Source of the DNA: Chrysomallon squamiferum | Lineage: Eukaryota; Animalia; Mollusca | DNA length: 64,000 nt | Assembly: GCA_012295275.1 (NCBI GenBank) | Contig: CM022665.1 | Coordinates: 43,772,001 to 43,836,000 of the forward strand | Direction: 5' to 3' | Shown here: positions 54,901-64,000 of the stretch, piece after piece | Position numbering within the stretch: position 1 is the stretch's first letter | How the letters are laid out: each line of letters begins with the position of its first letter | The notes under the pieces: generated by a model | Seen by the model: only the letters and a program-made list of their open reading frames with translations | Database searches by the model: none | What the model was told of the DNA's origin: nothing | Program-made: the position numbers and the translations under genes

Positions 54901-56590
54901 TACTGATATAATCCAGTAAAACAAAATAAATACTTTTATTTGCATTTCAGGATTTTAACACTAACTGGTCAATATGATAAAAGTGTCAGTCTATATGGCC
55001 AATGAAATTCATTGTAATAACATAAATTTTAAATGCAACCAATCGAAAAAGATGTACCTCCAGAGCATGTCACACATCTGGACAAATCCAGCATAGGCCA
55101 ACTCAAAAGCTCCTCTGTGAATTGATTCCAGAAGCTGGTTTTTGAAATAGTCACCAATCAACAGAAGCTGAAATATTAATATAAAATTAAAATAGATATT
55201 TCAAAAAATATAAATTAATAAATATTTAAAAAAATATATTTAGTGTTTATTTTTAACTGGTTCACTGCTAAAAACCACAACCATGGCTTCCATGAATTCT
55301 GTGATTGTGGCTATTAGCAGCAAATCAGATAATGTTTTATATTAAATACAGAAAAAATTAATGACATTATCACTATGTTTCAAAAATAACATAGTAATAA
55401 TATGATTATTAAATTATTGTTTGTTTATCACAAGCTCTTAAATATAAGTATCCATAAAAAGATACATTAGAAATCCAATAGAAATCACCAGTAGAGAACA
55501 AGCAATGGGTTCTGTCTTTCATTTCCAAAACTTTGATACCTTATAATCTAACTGTTAAATATTATAATTTACTTTCCTATCCAAAGGAAGATGTCCATAA
55601 AAGACAATTTGGATATAAAACAAGCTTAAGAAATGATTTCAGGTTTCCTCTTGTATATCATAATTAAACTATTATATAATATTTCTTTAATATTAAAATG
55701 TGTCTAGGTGTTTTTAATGAAAATTATTCTTTTATTCACTAGCAAGAACATTTATTTATTATTATCTGAAACATTTATTTATTCATTAATAACCTGCTGT
55801 TTGTTGATAAAGCATATCATAATTAAACCGTAACATAATAATTTGTGATATTAAAATGTGTCTAGGTGTTTTTAATGAAAAATACTCTTTTATTCATTAG
55901 CAAAAACATTTATTTATTACTTATCTGAAACATTTATTTATTACTAGCTGAAACATTTATTTATTACTATAAATATTTGTCATCAATAACCTGCTGTTTG
56001 TTGATGAAGCCGGCGTCTGTTTCTGAATCTGTAATGGGAATGTTTTGACAAATATGGCCGAACAGCAGAGATACTTCTTTAACACATCTCCAGCAGCACA
56101 CAACAAGAAATTCTGGCATCAAGGTGACAATCTTGTCACTGCTGTCACTAACCAGGTGAGATGTATCTGATTTGTCAAACTCGTTATCCAGGTGTAAACC
56201 TGTAAAGGTAAAAAAAAAAAATTTAATAAAAATAAAAATAATAATAATAATTAAAAAACAAGAAAAGAAAAAGAAACAACAACAATTTTATGAATTTTAT
56301 TAAAAGAATACTGTGAAAAAAAAAAAAAAGGGTCTTTAAAAACTTTTTACTATTTCCTGTCATTGCTAATTGTTGCACTGGGTAAAGATAAAGTTCTTTA
56401 AAAAAAATATTAATTAATACTGTAAGCAGCAATTGATAAAAATTCTGTTACAAACAAAAGTGTTGTGATGCAAATATTATATAGGGATCTTATTTTTAGA
56501 ATAACATTTTAATATTCTAATTATTATTCGTAAAAAGAAAAAAATCGGCTGTGCCATTTATTTTTTTTAAATTTACAAATAAAATTTTAA

Positions 56591-56624
<34 letters not shown>

Positions 56625-57598
56625 GATAAATAATTTCCAAATACTAATGGAAACAAATTATTATGGTCACTTCAATGATGATATTGTTAAAGAACAATAA
56701 AAACAAAACTTACTCTTTAAGATTTCCAGTGGGACGTTGCCCTCTGGTGATGAAGCCTGGACTACAGGGGAGACAACTTTAGACAGCTCTAAACAAAGAT
56801 GGATTAAGTCATCAAGCAGTTTTCTCCATGATTGAAGAAACTCTACCGACACTGATCTGTTAAAAAGAAAAATACTGAATTATTTTACAATAATATTCAC
56901 TTTATCAGCTAAAAATACTGAGCATAGGCAATATTATATGTGTAAGAATTTAATATATTGATCTATTTTATTAAAATATTTGATTTAAAACAACAGTCAT
57001 TCCCTCACTTGAAATTAATGTCAAACAGGATGTATCTGATGCAGTGCAGTGTGGGATATATTGGTCTGTTAGCTGCAGCCAAAGTGAGGCTCTTCCTGGC
57101 ATCTTTCAGTTCGTCTTCAAGTAAGATCTGCAGAATGGACAGTAGTAGGAGGGAGGGGCTTCTGTCAATCACTGGATTGTCATAAGCAACCATGTTAGCA
57201 GCAGATGTTTTCATGACAAGGAGAATGGATGGTTGTTGCAGAAGATATTTGAAGAGGTAAGCTGCTGTGGTACAGTCCTGAGGTTTGTTACTAGTTGATA
57301 GTTCCAGTGCAGATTTAAACAGATTTTCTACAGCATCTTGGGACTTCAAAAATAAAATAAAAATATATAAAAAGTTAAAAGCAAAAATCTGTTTAAAAAA
57401 ATGATAGTAATAATAATAAAATGAAATAAAATAAAAGCAAAAATATACAAATAAATAAATAAAAAAATAGCAAAAAAATAATAATTTAAAAAAATAATAT
57501 AGAAAATAATAATGATGATGATTATAATACTACTACTAATAATAAATAATAAATACTACTACTACTAATAATAAATTAAATAATAAATTTATGTAGTA

Positions 57599-57629
<31 letters not shown>

Positions 57630-59298
57630 TAAAAAATAAATGTATATAGTAAATATGAATAAATAACAATTATCACCAAATTGCTTTTAAACAAAATACT
57701 AACATTTTAAATATAAATTTTGAATTATACTGATTATTAGTAATAAAAATTTTCATTCAGTTTAATTACCTGAAATCCAAATCCATGTCTCATGCAGGCA
57801 GACAATATTTTGATGGCAGCCATTTTGTTTTCTTCAAATGTGTCAACAAGGCAATCCAGCAATGTCTGTCTACATTTATCACCCAGCTGATATACTGACA
57901 TAAACAGCTGATCAATGTCTTAAAATTAATAAATTAAAATCTTAAAAAACAAATAATAATAATTTAAAAAAAAAAAAACACACAAGCAGACACACCAAAA
58001 ATTCTATATTAAACTCCAAATCTTGGTGCTATATAAAAATGTTTATTTAAATTACTTCCATTCAAAGACTACTGGGTAATTTAAATGTCTGATATTCTAA
58101 GATTTAAATAAATACTAATTACTAACAACATGAATGAATTAGTTTGCAAGACAGTACATACCTGAATGTTTCATTTGTTCAGCTGAGTCAACTACAAGTG
58201 ATAGAATCATCAGACATGTTGTTCTGCGAGGAAATGAAGAACCTAAGTGAATGCTGCCAAACATCAGAGTCTGCAGCCAGTGTAAGAAATTCTACAGTAA
58301 AAAGAAAAAACGATATTAATAAAGAAAAATAACAGAATATTAAAGAAATATTAAAGAAATATACATAAATTAATGTTCAAGTTGCCATTTAAAAATCAAA
58401 ACACATGTCCAGACACACACTGATATAAAGTATAAAAAAATATTTTATTAACACAAAATAATAGAATATTAAAAAAATATACAAATTAATATTCAGAGGT
58501 CTTTTAAAAAATAAAACAAAACAAAGCCAAGTACACAGATACATTCCTATATTGAATTTTTTTTAAATACTATAATATAAATTATGTGAATTTGACATTT
58601 GGGCAAAAAACGGTGTTCGTGTAAATTTTAAATACATATTTTCTAACTTACCTGATATATGGCCATGTTAGTAACAACTTTATCAATCATTTTTTCATCT
58701 TTTTTATTTTTAGTTTGTCGAACCAATGTTTGCCAGCTTTCCTTCATTCTGTAAAAGAGCTGAAAAATAGATATTTATCATTAAAAATATATTTAAAAAA
58801 TAAAATAATAATAAAAATATAGCTGGGATATGCAAAGTTGTAGATGTTCCCTATATCCAGGATAATGTTTCAGGCTGGTTTCAATGAAATTAAGCAACGT
58901 GAAATATATATTTACATTTGCATTACTATTGATCTTGCAATAGTCAGTTTAAAATTTTTTAAATTTAGGATCAAATTGTTATTATTTCTAATAAAAATTA
59001 ACTTAATTAAAGATTTCTTCAGCAGATGTTATCTTTAGAAGCTTTTAATTTATTATTTATTTATACATAATAACAAATAATACTACCTTTTGAATATAAG
59101 AAAGTAAATGTTGTCTGAAAGCTGGTGATTGGTTGTTCAGATTGAAAGGAAGAAAGTACCGCATCAAATCAAATTCAAGATTACTGATTGGTTCAGTAGT
59201 TTTGTTGTTTTCACACAGAAGAGCAAAAGCATCCAAACGAACCTACAAAAATAGAAGAAAAAAAAGAAAAGAAAATGAAGAAGTAAGTAAGTAAGTAA

Positions 59299-59331
<33 letters not shown>

Positions 59332-59777
59332 TATATATATATTTTTGAAATTAAAATATATAAAAACAATTACTATTAAAAAACAAAAATTAAAGATTAA
59401 ACAAATTATAATAATAAAAAGAAATAATAAAGAAAAAAAGAAAAAAAGAAAGAAAAAAAAAAAAAAAAAAAAAAAAATAAAAGGAAAACCAAACCCATAA
59501 ATTAAAAATAATGGTAAATACTATTTTAAATTTGAATAATCCATGCTAATTTGATAATCAGTATTTATATACCTGGTCATCCAAGGATGTTAGGGCATAT
59601 TTCAGAACATCAACATTGACCAGTCCATACCAGAGAGTTTTGTCCCCTGAAGCTGAACTCTCCAGTGAGTGGTGGAGCTGACCTAAACAGCGTGCCCTTC
59701 TGAGACACATTATCAAAGCACATGTCTCATTACTGGATGGAGTTTCTGGAATAATAACAATAATAATAATAATAATA

Positions 59778-59830
<53 letters not shown>

Positions 59831-59860
59831 GTAACAGTAATAGTAGTAGTAATAATAATA

Positions 59861-59908
<48 letters not shown>

Positions 59909-59912
59909 GTAA

Positions 59913-59953
<41 letters not shown>

Positions 59954-60904
59954 ATAATAATAAAATGTAAATAAAAAAAATATATTAATAATGACACTGA
60001 CTGTGATAATAATGATAATGCTATACTAAACATAAAAACAACAATAATAATGATAATAATATCAATAAATAAATAAACAAACAATTTCAATAATTATAAT
60101 AAGAAAAACAAGAATGTTACATTTATTACTAAAATAAAGTTTATAAAAAATACATTTACAATAATAATAATCATAAATGAATAAATATATAAACAGCAGA
60201 ATTTTTTTTTAAACTCATGTACAAAAAAACCCCAACTTACCTCTAACTGTTAATTGCTCAATTAAAAATGGTAAAACTGTTTTGTTAATTTTCAGCAACT
60301 TTGGCAAAATGTACTGAAATGACAGTAAGATATCTGTAATACCTGAAATATCAGTGAAAGTAAGCATACTTTGACAGATGTCTTTTATAAATTATTAGTA
60401 ATCATGCAAAGCAATTCTAAAATATCAGCAATATGTGATTTAAAAAAATAAATAACAAAATAATAATAACGAAAACACACGAAAAAAAATATAAATAAAT
60501 AAATAAATAAATAAAAATAATAATAAAATTACTTCAATGATGGTAGTTTTTTGCTGTTTGTGGTCACCACAGAGAGCTGATATGACCGGCCGACACCATA
60601 ACATCAGCCATGTTTTTTGACAGTCGGGTTCTGTCTTTTCTTTCAAAACACATTCTGCTAAATGATGTCTGCAAAGCCTGTCATACAAATCGCTGGCCTG
60701 GAGTTAATCAAATAAAACAATTAATACAAAACTCAATCTCATCATCATTATTTCATATATATATGTGTGTGTGTGTCTACTATGATCAAAATAAATCTTC
60801 CAGAAACACAGTTGCTTACCTTTATTACAAATGATAAATGTATTTAATTTGTCAAATAAAAAGATTATAAAGTTTAATATTAACATTTTATTCTGTCTTA
60901 AAAA

Positions 60905-60981
<77 letters not shown>

Positions 60982-63900
60982 ATTTTAAATTTAAAGCTAA
61001 AAAAATGTAAGAAATAATTGTTCTTTCTTAATGTAAAAAAGTAAAAGCTGTCTGATGTTTATCCTAAATATATAAAAGTATTGCAACAAATGAAAGTGCA
61101 AATCACTTATTAGTTCAAATGTTTTATCAGTTTTAAAGAAGAAAATTAAAAAAAAAAATTATTTAATATTACAGATAATGAATTTGAATTATATTTATAT
61201 AATTTTGATTTTGCACATCATAAAAATTTAGGAGTACAAATTCACCTGGCTGGCAGACATTTGTTCCTTTAGCTGTTGTATTAATTCTTCAGCAAGCAAG
61301 GGATGTAACTCTAACACACAACTCATTCCTAGAACTGTTACTATGGAAGCCACAGCTCCATATTTGCCTTTGTTACTCCAACCAACACTGAAGAGTTCTT
61401 TTGTCACATTAAGAATAAATTCATCACTCTTTGCATCTGAAACGGGAACAACATGAAAAAAGATTAACAAGAAAGAACATTTTCTAATATGAAATTTTTA
61501 ATTATACAGCAAATTTCACATCTTTTGTGTCAAATTTTCTTTTATCAAAATTAATAAGCATTTTGTTATCTTTTCAATCACATTTATCATTTGCAAATAA
61601 TTTAAAAATTAATTCCATTAAAATCAAGAAAGCAATTTAGAAAGCAAAAAAAAAACAAAACAAACAAAAACAACAAAAATTATTAAAAGATTCCTCATTT
61701 TATCAAACAACACTAAAAAAAAAAGATACAAGATATACACACAAAGACATTTTTATTTATTTTTAATATATCTCTATCTACATCTATATATTTATATATG
61801 AACAGAGAAAATAAGATAGCAATAAATAATATAATTTTGTTTATTTTACTGGATTTGTTAGAAAATAAAAAGAGATCAAAATCACCTGATTGTGAGGCCA
61901 GTAAGTGTATCTTGATGGTATTTTCAAAAGTATTTTTTGCATTCTGTCGTATAACCTGGAAAAAAGATACACCATACAATAAAAATAAGTCTGAAATTTA
62001 ACGATTCTCCCACTCAGTATAATATACATACATTTATTTAAAAAAAAAAAAATCCCTTTCAAAATCAAATCAGTTGGTGTGTAGATAATAAAAAATTAAA
62101 AAAGGGAAATAATCTCTAACAACATTTTTTAACTTTTATCTCTTTAAATATTAAATAGTTGTTGCTTTCTCCTAACAGTTCAGATAAAAATATCATCAGT
62201 CAGTTTGATGTAGATGACTCTAAATGACTCACATCTATCTGATCATCCCATGTTGTCCAGACGTACTGTAAAATATCTTTGACTGTGGAGCCTCTGTCTG
62301 TGAGGGAGGGATGCAAATGTGAAGGAATAAGCTTGTTCTCCAAACCAAAACTGAAAATAAATAAGTAAGTAAGTTGGTAAATGAGTAAGTAAGAAAGTAA
62401 GTAAGTAAGTAAATAAGAAATTATTTAATAAACAAATAAATAAGAAAGCAAATATGTAAGTAAATAAATATGAAAGTGATTAAGTAAGTAAGAAAATAAG
62501 TAACTAAGTAAGGAAGGAAGTAAATAAATAAATAATAATAATAATAGCAATTGTAGCAATAACAATAATACTAAAAAATAATAATAATAACAACAGAAGA
62601 GTAATAATAATAATAAAAAATAATAACAACAATAATAACAACAACCAGAACAATAGCAATAATGTAATTAATAAAATAAATGAATTACTGTAATAATTCT
62701 AATGAGCATTAAAATTAAAATATATTGAGGGATAATTAAAACAAAAATTCAGTTGTTACTGAAGATACTAACCACATTCTGTTTGTCCAGAGAGTCATGG
62801 TTTTAGCTAACAAGACTTTGTTCGCAGTATCAGAACACCTACAGAAATACAAACACTTACAAAATCATCTACAGAATTACCTGCACATTTTGTTAATCAC
62901 AAAACCATTATAATTATTACCACTGACCATATTATTTAAAAACGGTAATTTAATTTTAATGTTTTAATAAATAAGTCATTTTCAGGACTATTTAAAGACA
63001 GCAGTTTAGCTTTAACATTTTGGTTAAGTAAATTAACTGCAAACAAACAAAAACTGAAAAACTGATAATAATAAACTTAGACTTAACTTAAGTTACATAA
63101 TAATTGTGAAAATTAAGATTTTATAAATACTTTTAATACTTACTTTTTACTAAACATTAAAAGCTGTGGTAAAAAAACAGAAGTCATTAGAGTCTTCTGT
63201 GGGCTAATTTCCACCAATAATTCCTCAAGATCCAGTTTTGCAAGAAGGCCAAATATTAAACAGAGCTGCGATATGATTGGCAGACTGCTGACCTCTGACA
63301 TTCTGATTTTACTAACAGACAGCCAATCAGGGAGTGAGAAAGGTGGCAGGTCACAAGAAGGAATAACACTTGTGAACATCAATTTTGTTACCTGTAAAAT
63401 ATAAAAAAGATTTAAACCAAAAATCTACATCAGTTTTTGAAAATGAATTGTTCATATTATAAAAACAAAAATTAATTCAAACTAAATGAAGGTTCTTTTC
63501 TTCAATAATTTCACTTTTGCTAATTAAAAATAGTATAAACAATGGATAATTTTAAGTATTTCATAATTGATATTCTTATTTATTTTTTATTTTTTTTGCT
63601 GAAGATTTATATATGAGAATAAAAATGTAATAAAAAAAACCTAGCCATTGTCTGAATTTTTTTATCAAATGACAAGGAGAAACAAAATATATTTAAAAAA
63701 TGAAAAAATAAATAAATAATAATACAAAAAATGAAGCAACTGTTCTTTTTTTTAAATTTAATTAAAAGTATAATAATAAGAAGAATTATCATACTGCTAG
63801 TGGCATTTTGTCACCAGTCACTATTTTTAGCAACAAAGCAATATTCATTGCACATCCACAGCGACAGTCAGATAAAAAGTCATCTAAAAATAGAACAAAT

Positions 63901-64000
63901 TTTCCATAAATAGAAACAGAACCATATTTATATAAGTCATGTGATAAATATTTAGCATACTTGCTCTCAAAGTGAAAGTCTCTGTGACCCTTTCATGGAT
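33771..64000 (-). CDS. THADA: THADA / Trm732 homolog (armadillo-type, DUF2428; tRNA Nm32 methylation cofactor of Trm7/FTSJ1). 33 exons, about 1850 codons in the window; 5' end lies beyond the window.
   Basis: Exons with GT-AG boundaries and consistent phases: 63961->64000, 63795-63883, 63144-63391, 62773-62838, 62233-62350, 61886-61955, 61246-61436, 60533-60697, 60241-60313, 59573-59745, 59087-59242, 58652-58759, 58162-58291, 57770-57918, 57009-57343, 56714-56856, 55991-56199, 55058-55167, 54553-54679, 54045-54152, 53433-53555, 52926-53023, 52181-52267, 51729-51860, 50999-51167, 50394-50503, 49350-50030 (1-nt frameshift), 48776-48841, 48401-48441, 41255-41327, 39206-39362, 35952-36199, 33771-34523. 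Family motifs: YILPKLL, VRLDAFALLCE, LNNQSPAFRQ, SSPEG, CCWRCVKE, HRGAFE, TRRSAGVP, VHSLNILRALFRDTRL, WAVRNSSTLL, LHGILLQ, LFDRGEIN. Confidence 0.95.
38510..38975. repeat. GT/AT-rich degenerate microsatellite in a THADA intron
   Basis: TGTG/TATG low complexity with a repeated AATATGGATGGAC...ATGTATGTA unit. Confidence 0.85.
39110..39172 (-). mobile_element. Possible degenerate tRNA-derived SINE head
   Basis: On -, an A-box-like TAAGTGGTCAGG (39159-39170) and a B-box-like GGTTCAAATC (39121-39130) sit at tRNA-like spacing. No convincing cloverleaf. Confidence 0.35.
41220..41235 (+). promoter_or_regulatory. CTCF-type motif CCACTAGGTGGCAGCA
   Basis: Full match to CCASYAGRKGGCRS, intronic, about 20 nt from a THADA splice donor. 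Confidence 0.55.
43192..43331. repeat. 65-bp tandem duplication
   Basis: TATATAACAACTGATGGAAAA(C/T)GACAAGATGTGTTTTAGAATGTATTAAGAGAAATATCCTTT at 43192 and 43257. Confidence 0.95.
47395..47490 (-). mobile_element. Possible highly decayed SINE fragment
   Basis: On - it reads GTAGTCTTATGGTAAAACATGC...GATCAATCC...CATTGGGCTATTT, resembling from memory a tRNA-headed gastropod SINE. A similarly decayed piece may lie at about 45080-45300 (+). Not verified by search. Confidence 0.25.
49350..50030 (-). CDS. THADA: THADA large internal exon containing an apparent 1-nt deletion
   Basis: Two overlapping ORFs (49727-50047 and 49326-49730) lie between one acceptor and one donor. The length is one base short of what the flanking phases require. 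Confidence 0.8.
51206..51530. repeat. Diverged ~176-bp intronic tandem duplication
   Basis: ACAGACAATAATAAT...TAACAGACTAA...CATTTCTAAATA...ATGATTAATTAACATTAT occurs twice in order. Confidence 0.75.
53433..56856 (-). CDS. THADA: THADA exons encoding the DUF2428 core (six exons)
   Basis: SSPEG, CCWR, HRGAFE, TRRSAG and VHSLNILRALF motifs appear in order. Confidence 0.93.
53590..55590. repeat. ~190-bp dispersed repeat pair (53590-53780 and 55404-55590) in two THADA introns
   Basis: Shared TGTTTGTTTATCACAAGCTCT...AAAAAGATACATTAGAAATCCA...CAGTAGAGAA...TTTCATTTCCAAA in the same orientation. Confidence 0.85.
55655..56010. repeat. Tandem duplication spanning a THADA exon end and splice donor
   Basis: ATATTAAAATGTGTCTAGGTGTTTTTAATGAAAA and AATAACCTGCTGTTTGTTGAT(A/G)AAGC each occur twice. 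Confidence 0.9.

Noticed and set aside
51773-56750. CTCF-like TCACTAGAGGGCAC and TCACCAGAGGGCAA in THADA exons
   Set aside because: Explained by codons for SLEG and SPEG, with no independent support.
1175-60090. Dozens of 60-200 aa ORFs rich in poly-I/L/F/Y/N, SLSL or ERER
   Set aside because: They are translations of microsatellites and low-complexity tracts with no domain content.
34524-63960. Intronic snoRNAs, tRNAs or miRNA hairpins
   Set aside because: I recognised no convincing box pairs with terminal stems, cloverleaf or known mature miRNA by eye. A covariance-model search is needed to exclude them.

Overview
AT-rich, microsatellite-dense animal genomic DNA, probably an invertebrate and possibly a mollusc (taxon inferred from composition only). 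Two protein-coding genes face each other tail-to-tail. The first is a two-exon TIS11/ZFP36 (tristetraprolin-family) CCCH tandem zinc finger gene on + (CDS 4952-5026 joined to 6846-~7994). The second is the 3' portion of THADA (Trm732 homolog, DUF2428) on -, with 33 exons traced by hand with consistent splice phases from the window edge down to a stop at 33771. About 20 kb with no recognisable gene separates them and holds many CpG-rich, motif-dense modules. Most interesting overall: the ZFP36-THADA neighbourhood known from human 2p21 is present, and it looks like a genomic regulatory block. THADA's last four introns are enlarged, contain CpG-retaining islands inside an otherwise CpG-depleted gene body, and carry a near-perfect CTCF motif. 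Also notable: a cluster of seven CSL/Su(H) sites upstream of ZFP36; a satellite-derived array of 14 TATTTAAATTA (ARE-like) cores in the probable ZFP36 3'UTR; no visible C-terminal NOT1-binding motif; single-base frameshifts in both genes (probably assembly indels); and a candidate small TATA-driven spliced transcript in the desert. All coordinates and counts were read by eye.
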